DNA from: Octopus sinensis
Lineage: Eukaryota
NCBI RefSeq assembly: GCF_006345805.1
Contig: NC_043022.1
Coordinates: forward strand, 14,632,001-14,696,000
DNA: 64,000 nucleotides
Direction of reading: 5' to 3'
Both the position numbers and the translations under genes were made by a program. This document shows, one piece after another, positions 24,047 through 36,850 of this stretch; the stretch's first letter is position 1, and each line of letters starts with the position of its first letter. Below the pieces are notes generated by a model. The model had not been told where the DNA came from. It searched no databases and saw nothing but the letters and a program-made list of their open reading frames with translations.

Positions 24047-24444
24047 ACTAGCAGTATCACCTGGCGTTGCTCGGGTTTGTAAGGGAAATAACTATATAAG
24101 CATTTTTAGAGATGTAAAGTATAATAGCCATCTCAATATGGCTAACCACAAAGGGGGGGTGTTACTGTAGCTTTTTACGTTCTGAGATTTAATAATAAAT
24201 TTTTAGAGAGTTACTTCCCTTACATATGCCAAAAATGCATTAAAAATGGGAAAAATTGATGGTAAATTATTTTTTAAATCGTAGACTCATCGTAGATGCA
24301 CGCTAATACCCAGACGGTCTCGATATGAATCACAACTATAAGATACCCGCTTTTGGTTAAACTGCACTGCAAAATGTGGGAGTAGTTAGGAATCTAAATC
24401 GTAGGAGACAGACAGCACACAACCTCACTTTTGTATATAAAGAT
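24047..24444 (+). mobile_element. Non-autonomous Helitron/HINE-like element
   Basis: ACTAGCAGTATCACCTGGCGTTGCTCGGG ... CAGACAGCACACAACCTCACTTTTGTATATAAAGAT. Confidence 0.6.
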
Positions 24445-24540
24445 TTCAGCAAAACAATTTAGATTCAAATGAATATGGTACTTAACTTAGATGCACCAGA
24501 ATTTTTTTATGGTATTACCCATAAAATTATGTGGGGTGAT

Positions 24541-24988
24541 TATAACCAAAAAATAAGCAACAAGATTGGATCAGTAGTTTAGTACAATTGTTTCATACTA
24601 TAAACATTTTATTTAAAGCTGCAAATATTACAGCAAATATAATGTCAAGTAATCTTCAGCTAATTTCATATAGATTTTCCAAACATCTTAGAGAGTGTAA
24701 ATATACTTATAAAGTTATAGATGTGAGCTCCAGGAACTTGAAGCAAGATTCCAAGCAGACCATATATGCTTTCCAACAATACAAAGTTCTTAAATTAATT
24801 AGTGACATCCCAGAGAAGGTAAATCTACTCATAAAGATGTGGATATAAATTTCAGGAAACATGAAGAAAGATGCCGAATCAGACCACGATTAAGTTCGCA
24901 TCTTAACATTATATTTGCTGTAATAAATTGTTATAGTATGAAACAATTGTACTAAACTACTGATCCATTCTTGTTGCTTATTTTTTGG

Positions 24989-24992
<4 letters not shown>
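24541..24992. repeat. MITE-like element with ~65-bp near-perfect TIRs, TA-flanked
   Basis: TATAACCAAAAAATAAGCAACAAGA.TGGATCAGTAGTTTAGTACAATTGTTTCATACTATA and its reverse complement. Confidence 0.75.
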
Positions 24993-25051
<59 letters not shown>

Positions 25052-25405
25052 TTAATTTAATATCTGGTCTCTTAGGCTTCCCAGGGTTTATAATGGGGTG
25101 GAGGTATTTGAGACAGGTTATTTATAATTGGATGCTTTCCTTTCTGCCAACACTTAACTGTTGTAAAATGCTGAACTAATGGACCATTTCTTGACAGGAA
25201 ATGCCAAAAACGTCACCAGTTGCAGACCATCAATCTGTTCAAATATATATATATATTGATAGGTGAATGAATTATCCTATGTTTACCGTCAACATGGAAA
25301 ATTCGATGAACCGATACCAGGGTAGCAAATTCACGTCAGAAACACGGTTGAACCGACCTGTCCAAGGGTAGAAACTCCGGGTTCATGTGCAGAAATTTGT
25401 GTGTT

Positions 25406-25630
25406 CATCATCATCATTTAACGTCCGCTTTCCATGCTAGCATGGGTTGGACGGTTCAACTGGGATCTGGGGAGCCTGAAGGCTGCACCAGGCCAGTCAG
25501 ATCTGGCAGTGTTTCTACATCTGGATGCCCTTCCTAACGCCAACCACTCTGTGAGTGTATTGGTGCTTTTTATGTGCCACCGACACAGGTGCCAGACGAG
25601 GCTGGCGAATGGCCACGATCGGATGGTGTT
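25406..25630 (-). mobile_element. RTE LINE 3' tail fragment
   Basis: CATCATTTAACGTCCGCTTTCCATGCTAGCATGG...GGATGCCCTTCCTAACGCCAACCAC core. Confidence 0.8.
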
Positions 25631-25721
25631 TTTTTTGTGTTATATATGAATAAATAAATGGAGTTGAACGAAGATGTTAACAAAATTCCTTTACTCCCGA
25701 CACGTTTCGAGACATATACAA

Positions 25722-25755
<34 letters not shown>

Positions 25756-26035
25756 TATATATATATATAAATATATGCACACACACATTTAACTACACAC
25801 TCTACCTAGTTATATATATATATATTTACTATTTTGGAAAATCAATTAAAACTTTTTCTAATGGAATTCCCCTCTTTCTTCTGCCATTAAAACAACCAGT
25901 TGCTTAGAAGCTGTTTTCTGACAGGATGGGGTCAGGAAATGTTCATGCAGCTGCAGGCTCCAATCGAAACAGGGGACCCGAAATTATAAGGTTGAGAAGG
26001 AACTGCATGTGAACAGAAGGGAGCACGTGGTTTAG

Positions 26036-26430
26036 GCGCAGGAGTGGCTGGGTGGTAAGTAGCTTGTTTACCAACCACATGGTCCTGGGTTCAGTCCCAC
26101 TGTGTGGCACCTTGGGCAAGTGTTTTCTACTATAGCCTCAGGCTGACCAAAGCCTTGTGAGTGGATTTGGTAGACGGAAACTGAAAGAAGCCTGTCGTAT
26201 ATAAATATATGTGTGTTTATGTTTGTGCGTGAGTTTGTCTCCTCCTACATCGCTTGACAACCGATGATGGTGTGTTTACGTCTCAGTAACTTAGCGGTTC
26301 GGCAAAAGAGACCGATGGAATAAGTACTAGGTCTACAAAGAATAAGCTCTGGGGTCGATTTGCTCGACTATAAATGCGGTGCTCCAGCATGGCCGCAGTC
26401 AAATGACTGAAACAAGTCAAAGAGTAAAGC
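26036..26430 (+). mobile_element. S2 SINE
   Basis: Full match. Confidence 0.85.
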
Positions 26431-26896
26431 GAGTACAAACAGGAAGCAAGGTTTTAATTTTGAGAGATGGTACAAGGGGATTCAAGGGGATTTCAGAACA
26501 AAATGTTGGAAGAAGAGGTTTATCTTAGCAAACATTCCATGAAGAATTTTGGAGAAACGAAGGCTGAGAAAGACGAGGAAATTTAACGATTCATTTACGA
26601 AATGGGGCTGATGCGGTTTCGCACCTCTCCGTGAAAAATGCATTAAAAAAAAATATATATATTCTCAGATTCCTACGTTTTAGATGTCAGAGATTACGAA
26701 TAGGCAAAAGAAATTTATATTTCACCCCCCTTCGTTTAAATTTTCGATTTTGTTTACTTTCAAGAGATCGAAGCGAACTGACGAACATTTGCAAATCGAA
26801 ATTAAATCCAGACAAAAACATTAAAGAGAAAAGAATTCGCGTTTTACTTGTGTTTATAATCGTAAATGATAATTTAATGTAAATTAAATATACACC

Positions 26897-27276
26897 TTCT
26901 GTTGTGTCTGGGGAGAGCCGTTCTCTTTTGGGGCCTTGTAATTTAACACACTCACCGGTAAAAGGTACTACCTACGACTGGCTAGCGCGGATGCGCGTCT
27001 GCGCGCACCGGGTCCAGTCTCCACGACTAATACCCCGGTAAAATTTCCACTTATTCCTTATTTTTATTGTCCTAAAATTTTCGCTGCCTCTTGCAACCGT
27101 TTCAACAGTCTTGACTCTTGACTCTTTCAATATTCCTTTCGAGACTCTTGAAAAGGTTGCAAGAGGCAACGAAAGTTTTAGGACAATAAAAATAAGAAAT
27201 AAGTGGAAATTTTACCAGTGAATGTGTTAAATTATAAGGCCCCAAAAGAAAATGACTCTCCCCAGACACAACAGAA
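26897..27276. repeat. Fold-back element (~135-bp arms, ~28-nt loop); one-arm relative at 52680-52870
   Basis: TTCTGTTGTGTCTGGGGAGAG... versus ...CTCTCCCCAGACACAACAGAA. Confidence 0.85.
26964..27034. mobile_element. 71-bp GC-rich insertion with short imperfect TIRs and perfect 9-bp TSD (Mutator-like MITE?)
   Basis: CCGGTAAAA at 26955-26963 and 27035-27043; empty site preserved in the opposite arm. Confidence 0.75.
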
Positions 27277-27571
27277 CTCGTATAAAGAATCTTGCAAACC
27301 AAATCCAAAAACGAAATATAAATATAAACCATTTTGATGAGAAACAAACATTAATATTTAATAATTCGTTATTAAGTTTAATAAGGGGTTCAAATTTCAT
27401 CCCCTCCCACAATTTTGAACTTTTTCATTTATTTATCTTTCTATTTATCCCTGTCTGTGTTTATTCCTAAAATATATTCGTCAACTAAATGTGGCCGTTC
27501 CATAGAAAGACGGTCTTACTGTTGTTCTTAGTCCCAAGGAAGACATTCACGTCTAATATATATCTTTATAC

Positions 27572-27790
27572 CAGTGGTTTTCAACCAGGGTTCCGTGGAA
27601 CCTTAGAGTTCCGCCAGTACAGTCCAGGGGTTCCACAAGAAGTTACAAAACTGCTAAAATCGGCAGTAATTTTTAATCCTCCTGTGCAGATATGTGTGCA
27701 TAAGACTATTAAATTATTGCACAGGGGTTCCTCGAGCCAGTGGAATGTTTCCTTGGGGTTCCGCTCCAGCAAAAAGTTTGAAAAGCACTG
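27572..27790. mobile_element. hAT-type (Charlie-like) MITE, 219 bp
   Basis: TIRs CAGTGGTTTTCAA / TTTGAAAAGCACTG; near identical to 44835-45035. Confidence 0.8.
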
Positions 27791-28377
27791 ATGTACATAC
27801 ACATGTCTCTATGCTTGTTGAATTAAAAACTTTCAGAACGTAGTTTCTTGCCTATCCGGAGTAATTTTTAATTTAAGAGTTCATGGCCAACGATAAATTA
27901 AACATACAAAAAACGAGAAATTATCTTAGCAAAATTCCATGAAGAATTAAGGAGGAACGAAGTCTGAGAGAGATTAAGAAGTTATTTATGGAGTTAGTAG
28001 TCAATTAAAATGGTTAGCTTAACGAAACTAGATGTTAGTAAATAATAATCCATTTAAAAAGTATTAATAGCGAACGAATGTATGAAAAATATCTTATCTT
28101 AGCGAGACATCGTTTTTTTCCAGTCTGGGACCAGCGACATTAGAAGGAACCGCGTGGAAACCAGAAGAGAACGGACCACGTGACTGAAGTGTCGGCTCGA
28201 TTCGGTTTCACGGCCAGATTTTTTGATTAATTTTGTTAAAACTAAACACTTTCTAATTTCCGATACTGGTAGAATGGATTACATAGAACAGGGTAATTTT
28301 AATCAGTCAATGACCGAGTATTCAGCCGAAGAAAATTACTGCGGCTGTTTGCGACCAACTTCCGGGTCCATTATATC

Positions 28378-28768
28378 TCTTTTACTTGTTTCAGTCATTT
28401 GACTGCGGCCATGCTGGAGCACTGCCTTTAGTCGAGCAAATCGACCCCGGAACTTATTCTTTGTAAGCCCAGTACTTATTCTATCGGTCTCTTATGCCGA
28501 ACCGCTAAGTGACGGAGACGTAAACACACCAGCATCGGTTGTCAAGCAATGCTAGGGGGACAAACACAGACACACAAACACACACATATATATATATATA
28601 TATACATATATACGACAGGCTTCTTTCAGTTTCCGTCTACAAAATCCACTCAAAAGGCATTGGTCGGCCTGGGGCTATAGTAGAAGACACTTGCCCAAGA
28701 AGCCACACAGTGGGACTGAACCCGGAACCATGTGGTTGGTTAGCAAGCAACTTACCACACAGCCACTC

Positions 28769-28769
<1 letters not shown>
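28378..28769 (-). mobile_element. S2 SINE
   Basis: Full match. Confidence 0.85.
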
Positions 28770-28820
<51 letters not shown>

Positions 28821-29371
28821 TACATACACACACATTAATAAAAGGTAGAAGTTACAGAGTAACAATGGCCAAATTCGTATTTGATAAGTGCCAATGATAT
28901 ATATGTGTGTGTGTGTGTAAAAAAATTTCATCACGCAATCAAACCAATGAAACAGCCTCTACCTGGTCACTCGACACGCTAAAAATAGCAGCCAAAGTAC
29001 CCCCCTATCTAAATCACACGACCATTGTACATAATATCCTAGATTATCCCTAAAAAGACAGTTTGCTCAAGGCTGGAATATCTTTGAAGATAGGTTTAAC
29101 CCGAAATAACTTCTAAAATACAAAGTTTTGCCAAAAACGTTAAGAGTAAACCCTGTTCTATGGGACACATTCTACCAGTATTCAAAGTTTCAAAGCGTTT
29201 AGTTAAAAAAATTTCATTAAAAAATCTGGCCGTCAAATTGAATAGATCTGAAGTGTTTTTTTAGATATGCTACAACCGGAAGCAAGGTTTAATTTTGAGA
29301 GATGGTGGTACAAGGGGATTTCAGAACAATGATGGAAAGAAAGGTTTAGCTTAGCAAAATTCATCATCATC

Positions 29372-29545
29372 ATCGTTTAGCGTCCGTTTTCCATGCTAGC
29401 ATGGGTTGGACGGTTTAACTGGGGTCTGTGAAGCCGGAAGGCTTCATCAGGCCCAGTCAGATTTGGCAGTGTTTCTACGGCTGGATGCCCTTCCTAATGC
29501 CAACCACTCCGCGAGTGTAGTGGGTGTTTTTTACGTGCCACCCAC
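29372..29545 (-). mobile_element. RTE LINE 3' tail fragment with TSD AAAATTC
   Basis: Tail sequence bounded by duplicated AAAATTC, interrupting a local repeat. Confidence 0.8.
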
Positions 29546-30175
29546 TAAAATTCTGTGAAGAATTTCGAAGAAACGAAAGATGAGAGGGAGAGAGAGAAAT
29601 TAAGAAATTTAATGATTTAATGATTAGTAAATATTCATTTAAGGTGTTCATGGCGGATGATAAATTAAACATCCCCCCAAAAAATGAGAAATTATCTTAG
29701 CAAAATACATACATACACACACACATATATGACAGGCTTCTTTTCAGTTTCCGTCTACCAAATCCACTTTCAGAGCTTTGGTTGGCCTGAGGCTATAGGA
29801 GAAGACACTTGCCCGAGGTGCCACGCAGTGGGACTGAACCTGGAACCATGTTGTTGGGCAGCAAGCTTCTCACCACACAGCTATGCCACCACCTTTATAA
29901 AATTAATTTACACAGCAGATAGACAAACTGGGCTGATTTAACCATTTCTCCATACATTGGGGGGGAAAAATGAAGGACCTTAACCGGTTTTCAAATCTTA
30001 TTGAATTCTCATCAGAGCTGTCTCCATCAATGTGACCAGTCGCAGAGAAACAAGCAGCCAAGTTTATAGACCCAACAACTACAGTAGCTATAGAAAACGG
30101 GCCATTAATTTGCCATATATACATATGTGTGTATGTGTGTGTTTATAGGTGTTATATGTTCAATTTTATCTATTT

Positions 30176-30545
30176 ACTATTAGTATCATCCGGCGTTGCT
30201 CGGGTTTGTTTTCTTTTCGACCCTTTAGAATTGGAATTTTTGAAAAGTAAAAATTTTGCCTTATGTAGCTTGTTATTCTCTTTAAGTGAACATTTTTCTG
30301 GTTGAAATACATCAAAAAATGGTGACACAGCAGTCAAAAAATCGTAAAAAATAGGGATTTTCATAGAAAAAAAGCACCTTTTTAATGTAAACAATTTTTG
30401 GTGTTAACATGGTCCGATTTGAATTTTTTTTCTTATACGGAAGGAAGAGCAAGCCTTCTATCATACTCTCAATTTTGGTCAACTTGCGCCACAGGGTCTC
30501 ACAGGAGATAGTGTTACTTGAAGGCTACCAAACCTGCCATACACA
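30176..30545 (+). mobile_element. Related HINE-like element with a different interior
   Basis: Same 5' end (CCGGCGTTGCTCGGGTTTG). Confidence 0.5.
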
Positions 30546-31101
30546 GTTCAAAATCTATGATTATTAATATCATTGATAATATTGTCATAAAACTTGGTAT
30601 TAAATAGGTTAAAAATACTGAAAAAAACCCTGTGAAGATGCATTGATTGCCCTCTACCGTTCCCTTTGACTCCAGTACCCATATAAAGTTTTCTACTGTC
30701 CCTTGATGGGCAGGAGAAAGTTTACTGCTCGTTTTGAGAGACACCAGCATAAAACAAAACACCTTAAACAATAGAGACCATCAACAGTTGTCAATTATTT
30801 GCATTAACGAAACGTTTATTAATAAAAGTAAATAAAAAGATTGTCATTACTGAAAAGTGTTAATCATAGTAGAAGATTATGGATAAACAGCAGAGATTAA
30901 ATTGTTTTTATTTAAAGAGCATACACACACAAAATAATAATAATATAATAATAATGATAATAATAATAATAATAATAATGATATTAAAAAGAATAGGTGC
31001 AAAGAGTCCAGTTTAGAAACACTCAGGTTTGGTGGCAGTGTTTATCAACTTAGTTGATGGGGTTATTGAAATTTCTTAAAAATATTTACTTTAATTAGGT
31101 T

Positions 31102-31272
31102 GTCAGATACTCTTTACTCCTTTACTTGTTTCAGTCATTTGACTGCGGCCATGCTGGAGCACCGCCTTTAATCGAGCAACTCGACCCCGGGACTTATTCT
31201 TTGTAAGCCCAGTACTTATTTTATCGGTCTCTTTTGCCGAACCGCTAAGTGACGGGGACGTAAACACACCAG
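31102..31272 (-). mobile_element. S2 SINE 3' half, abruptly truncated
   Basis: Tail half only; stops at the start of homopolymer-noisy sequence. Confidence 0.8.
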
Positions 31273-31949
31273 CAGATGTTTTCTTTTGGTTTTTGTTTTT
31301 TTTTCGTTTATTTTCAATCCTTTCTAATGCTATTTGAAATTAACAGGGAAAATATTTTCATTGTAATGTTTTTTTTTTTAGTTTTTTTTTTTCACATATT
31401 TTTTTTTTTGTGTAGCTTTATTCTTCTTTTACATCTTTTTGTTTTACGGTTTTTGAAATTCAAATAAATTTTTACCTTTTTTCAGACGTCTGATGATGGA
31501 GGGCCAGGAAGAGAAAAATCAATGGATTTACCTGACAACCTAATGTGAGAGGGGAAGAGAGAGGGGGAGAGAGAGAGAGAGAAAGAGATGAGGATAGCGA
31601 TAGATAAAGAGAGGTGGGACTAAAGTCCGGAAAACAACAAAAACAAGTTACTGTGATTATTTTATCCTTATTTGGAATGACTAAGCACCAATTTTTGGAA
31701 TGTTTTTTTTTCTTCTTAAAAACCATTTAGCTGGAAACTTCTGGTGTTAAGTTTGGGTTAAGAGAGAGATAAGGGTGGGTGTTTTTTTATTTATATTTTT
31801 ATTTTTTAAGTTTTTAAATATTGTTTATTGATTGTTTTGTGAAAAGAAAATCCAAAAAAGTGAACAATTTTTCTAATGTATATTTTTAAAAATATTTTTT
31901 GATTTGAAAAGAATCGTTTCTGATTTCACTAGAAGAGCATCAATTCTGA

Positions 31950-32127
31950 TGGGGAGGGGGTTTAGTTGATACCTTTGACCCCAGTACTTGACTGGTACTT
32001 TATTTCATTGACCCTGAAAGAATCAAAGGCGCAGTTGACCTCAGCAGGATTTGAACTCATAACATAAAGAGCTGAAAAAATGTGAAGTATTTTGCCTATA
32101 CTTTAGTGATTCAGCCAACTCACCACC

Positions 32128-32167
<40 letters not shown>

Positions 32168-32545
32168 TAATAATAATAGGAAGGGCATCCAGCTGTAGAA
32201 ACACTGCCAGATCAGACTGGGCCTGGCGCAGCTTTCTGGCTACCCAGACCCCAGTTGAACCGTCCAACCCATGGAAAATGGACGTTAAACGATGATGATG
32301 GTAATGATAATAATAATAATAATAATAATAATAATCCTTTCTACTATAGGCACAAGGCCTGAAATTTGTGGGAAGGGGGCTAGGCAATTACACTGACCCC
32401 AGTACTCGACTGGTATTTATTTTATTGACCCCGAAAGGACGAAAGGCAAAGCTGACCCCAGCAGAATTTGAACTCTGGACGTAAAGACGGATGAAATGTC
32501 GGTAAACACTTCACCTGGTGTGCTAACGATTCTGCTGGCTCACTG
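31950..32545 (-). mobile_element. Two S1 SINEs (31950-32130, 32335-32545)
   Basis: Reverse-complement S1 core GACCCCAGTACTTGACTGGTAC...GAATTTGAACTC. Confidence 0.75.
32178..32300 (+). mobile_element. RTE LINE 3' tail fragment
   Basis: GGAAGGGCATCCAGCTGTAGAAAC...GGACGTTAAACGATGATG. Confidence 0.8.
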
Positions 32546-32655
32546 TCTTGATTACCTTAATGATAATTTTGAAGGAATAGACCATGAATTAGATGAGTGC
32601 CAGGGTATGCAAAGGGTACTTTACATCCAGGAAGAATGGAAGGCAAAGTCCCACC

Positions 32656-32793
32656 CACTGGCGTAACTAGAGTGTGTGCCGTCAAGGGAAGCCCTTCTGT
32701 TTGCTGCCCCCAGACCCCACAAAAAACACAGACCCAAAAGTGCCACCAAGGGCGGACTGCACCTACTGACCCCACTCCCTAGCCATGCTAGTG
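32656..32793. mobile_element. Short MITE with CACTRGCRTRRCTAG TIRs
   Basis: Related copies at ~50690-50787, ~53550-53643 and 57952-58486. Confidence 0.6.
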
Positions 32794-33459
32794 GTCCCAC
32801 CCTGGCAGGACAAAATATATAAGGTGCTCTAGAAATACTGCTTAGTTCATAGAAAGAGAAGGGTAAGCCGTTTTCCTGTCTGGGAGCCCTGGAGACTAAT
32901 TGGACGGACTGAAACCAGACACTTTTCTCTGTGGCCATGGTGAAGCTCCCATCAAGTTCTTCATGTTCTATTTATGGGTGGGGATTAAGAGTGGAATGGG
33001 GTGGTGCTGTCTTCCAGAAAACTAAGTGAAAGCTGTATGAAAAGAGCAGCAGAAATAGGTCTGTTTCCAGGAAACAGCTGTAGGTCATGTCACGTAGATG
33101 GGCAAGGGCAGCTACCCTGGATCTCTGGTGTCCTTTGATTGACACTAGAAAAATAGGCCCTTTGCACCACTCCTGGGACAATGCACTTTATTTTATATAC
33201 CCTTATTCCCTCCTGTGCTTGTGCATTTTTGTAATTTGTCCAAAAGAAATTTATCACCATCATCATCATCAATGTAGAATTGCAAGAGCATCAGGCAAAA
33301 ATACCTTGTTGTATTTGTTTGGGATCTTGCTCTGAATTCAAATCCTTTTGCTTTTTATCCATTCAGGGGATAATAGAATAAAACACCTATCAAATACAAA
33401 GGGGGTGGGGGTGGGGCGATGTAATTGACTAAACTCTCACCCCCAAAATTTCTGGCCTT

Positions 33460-33657
33460 AACATCTAAGCTGGCCACATTCAGCCCCAAATGCCATACTT
33501 GTTTTAAATTCAAACTGTCCAGGGCCAACCTCTCACACTGACCCTACAAGGACTAGGAAAACCTTAAAGCTACAAGATAAAGCATGATTAATTCAGAACA
33601 ATGTAAATAAATAAGGATTACACTTGACAAAGAAATCTGAATGCTGAAGGGTGAAGC
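33460..33657. mobile_element. Possible piggyBac-like MITE (related pieces at 39255-39475 and 62194-62280)
   Basis: Shared CTGGCCAC...CTCTCACAC...CCTACAA block; TTAACCCTTT / AAGGGT-type ends. Confidence 0.4.
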
Positions 33658-33673
33658 CTGTATTACAAATGAT

Positions 33674-34160
33674 ATTATTATTATTATTATTGAGTTAGAG
33701 AGCAGTTCATGCCATCAAAGTGACACTGGGGTAAAATATACGAAGACCAGTATACCAATCATGACTACCCGTCTCATAAGGGTACACCAGGCACATGCAT
33801 CACAACCATATGTGCGGGACATGGTGATCTCATATCAAGATAAACAGCACATGACCTTGCAGGTGGGGGCCCAGTTAGAATTTTCTTCAGGTTGAGTAGC
33901 CCATCCCGCTCAAAAGGTCCCTGAATAAGGGTTGTTTAAGGATGTTGAACGAAACACCCATGTTTCCAGAAGTGAATTATTCAAACCCCAAAGAATCCCT
34001 CTCAACACATGGCTATGATGCTCCCCCAACTATTTCTGCTCATGATCAGAGATGCAAATATCGTCAGCCACCAAGGGACATGCTCAACTATTTAAGGTCA
34101 AACAACTGACAAGCAAATCTGTGGTATTGAGCAGAATATTTGCTGTAGGCCATCTTTTAT
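33674..34160 (-). mobile_element. Probable non-LTR/SINE 3' portion ending in (TAA)n
   Basis: GC-richer block bounded by a microsatellite tail; single copy here, family not assigned. Confidence 0.4.
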
Positions 34161-34827
34161 ACCAAGACAAAATATTATTATCATTGAGTGAAAGAGCAAT
34201 GCATGTCAATATTGCTAACAATAACCAGGTGGGCAAAAGCTTAACCTCCACAACAATGGTCGAAGTTGTAGCAGTGAATATATTTAGAGTTATACAAGAG
34301 AGGATTTATAAGAATGGGCAGATGAGAAGTAGTGAAACAGCTCCCAAAACTACAGCAATATCGGGCAGTGGTAATGAGATTGGTGAAAATGATTGGTAGC
34401 ACAGGACTAGAGAGAGAGAGAGAAAGAGTTTCAGTGTGGAAATATATCACAGTCTAGCAGAAGAGTGGCACCCAAGGGAGGTAAGAAGAAATACAAACTA
34501 CAAAGATGTAGAAATTGAAATAAACAGGATGTGGGGCCTCGCAGCGAGAGAAGCCCTTATTGGGGCACACAGGCTACCTTGGTCTGTCTGAAGTCCAGGA
34601 AGTTGTAGTGTTTACAAAAAGACAGATGCCCCAAAACATTATTATTATTATTATTATCAACCAGTAGTCTTATTTTCACCACTTGCTTTCACTTCACTAC
34701 CAAGAACAGCTCTGTGTGCCTTGGATATGTGCTGTGGTGCTCTTATCTTTGCTGTATTGAAAGTGTTTTATGCAGGATGTGTGCAGTGCCTAGTGGTGCT
34801 ATTTTCCTTATTATTATTTCATCGAAG

Positions 34828-35040
34828 GCAGTGAGGTGGCAGACTTGTTAGCATTCTGGACAGAATACTTGGTGGCATTTCATCTGTCTTTACATTCTCA
34901 GTTCAAATTCCACTACAGTCAATTTTTTTTTTTTGTCTTTCATCTTTTTAGAGGTCGATAAAATGAAATACCAGGGTCAATGCAATTGGTTTCCTCATCC
35001 CCTCAAAAACTACTGGCTCTATGCCAAAATTTGAAACCAT
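34828..35040 (+). mobile_element. S1 SINE (diverged)
   Basis: Head, B-box and core recognisable. Confidence 0.7.
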
Positions 35041-35408
35041 TATTAATATTATTATTATTACTATACTTTGACTTTAGGAGGGAAGACCTTGCCCCTGATC
35101 CTTTACAGGGCTTCCAGGACTGATGGGAGGAAGGTATCGTCAAACCAGAATCTTGGCCTAAATGCTTACAAGAGCGTGTGGGGGTTCTACAAAATATACC
35201 CAAGGGGTCATGTGGTGGAGGTGCTAAACTGAGTGAACAGAGTAAACCAACCATTTAACTAGGGCCATGCTGAGATTTGAACTCAGAATGGTGAGACTTA
35301 GAACAAATACTGCAAAGCTATTGGTCTGACTTCCTTACAGTTTCCCCAATCCGTTGCTTTTGATTGGTCATTTTTGTTTTTATTGATTACCAGAGTATGA
35401 TAGAAAAA

Positions 35409-35870
35409 GAGCATGGTCAAGTGGTTAGGGTGTTGCACTCATGACTGTAAGACTGCGGTTTCAATCCCCAGACTAGGTGATGTGTTTTGTTTTTGAGCAA
35501 AGTATTTCATTTCATGTTGCTCCAGTCCACCCAGCTGGCAAAAGTGAGTTATCCTGCAATGAGCTGGTGTCCTATCCAGGGAGTGAATATACACACCACA
35601 GAATCTGGCAAACTGGCCATAGGAGCCTAGGGTTCTGGCAAGACCTTGGGTCCTTTAGGATATATATATAATTACATGTGTGTGTGTGTGTGTCTTAGTG
35701 TTGCATTCATCATTGTAAGATCGTGGGTTCGATTCCCAGACAGGGTGGTGTTTTGTGCTCTTGAGCAAAACACTTCATTTCACATTGCCCTCAGCTTCCA
35801 GCTGGTTAAATGAGCAAGCTTACAAAGGACTGACATCTCATTCAGGAAGAATGCTGTGATCTCGGTCACT
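35409..35870 (+). mobile_element. Two diverged tRNA-derived SINEs, family S4
   Basis: A/B boxes followed by TTGAGCAA..CACTTCATTTC and CAGCTGG motifs. Confidence 0.6.
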
Positions 35871-36074
35871 TACATGCCAAGGAAACCAGGTAGACAGCTC
35901 TAGGAGTCTTCCTAGGACTTGAGACAGTATTGTCCAGGGGTTGATGATGGTGATGATGCTGATGAAAGGATGGATAAAAAGCAAAAATGACCTCAGCAAG
36001 GTTTGAACTCAGAGCAAACACCACAAAATATTCTGTCTGATGATCTGACAATTCTAGTAACTTGGTTTCATATT

Positions 36075-36850
36075 TTAGCACAAGGCCAGCAAGCTCACAG
36101 GGATGGGCTAAGTCAATTACATCGACCCCAGTGCATAACTGGTACTTATTTTATTGACCCCCAAAACGGATGAAAGGCAAAGTCAACCTCAGTGAAATTT
36201 GAACTCAGAATGCAAAGACGGAGGAAATACCACCAAGCATTTTGATTAGCATGCTAACGATCCTGAAAACTCGTTGTCTTGAATTTAATTATTGCAATGC
36301 ATAAATAAGAAAACATTGAAATATATTGGTTTCAAAGAATGACAAGATGGCTGAGTTAAGGGGTTTGTTTTTGAAGACTGCTGATGCTGTTGTATGGTCT
36401 GAGTTCCATGGGGTGTGGAATTTTGTGGGGTTCAGAGGTAAAAAGAAAAAAAAAATGGCACAAAGTCTTTATAAGTCAATGGCTTCAAAGGGAAAAACTG
36501 AGACCCCTAAATCAGAAACTGTTAAAAAAAAGTAAAAAATGGTGGAATTAGAATGGAAGGAATAAATACTGAAGGTTGTGGTTACTACAGTAACGGTGAC
36601 TAGGTGCTTGTAATTAATAAAAGGTGTTTTCAGGTGTAAACTACAGGTGTGTGTGTGTGTGCAGGATAGAAATTTTTCTTTAAAAAAAGAATGTGCTAAA
36701 TGTTTAAAAACAGAAATTGTGTTTTTCTGGGGGATTTTAAACCCTGAAAAAAATGAAAGGCAAAGTCGACCTTGATGGAATTTGAACTCAGAACATAAAG
36801 ACAGGCGAAATGCCGCTAAGGGCTTGTTAATGCTTCTGCCAACTTGTTGC
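36075..36850 (-). mobile_element. Two S1 SINEs (36075-36270, 36700-36850)
   Basis: Reverse-complement core; second copy distorted by homopolymer noise. Confidence 0.7.

Noticed and set aside
26808-26845. Hammerhead-like CTGACGA...GAAA
   Set aside because: Helix I cannot pair and helix II lacks a closing pair.
31475-31532. GPCR TM7 (NPxxY-like VNPLIF)
   Set aside because: Tyr is absent and no other transmembrane exons were found.
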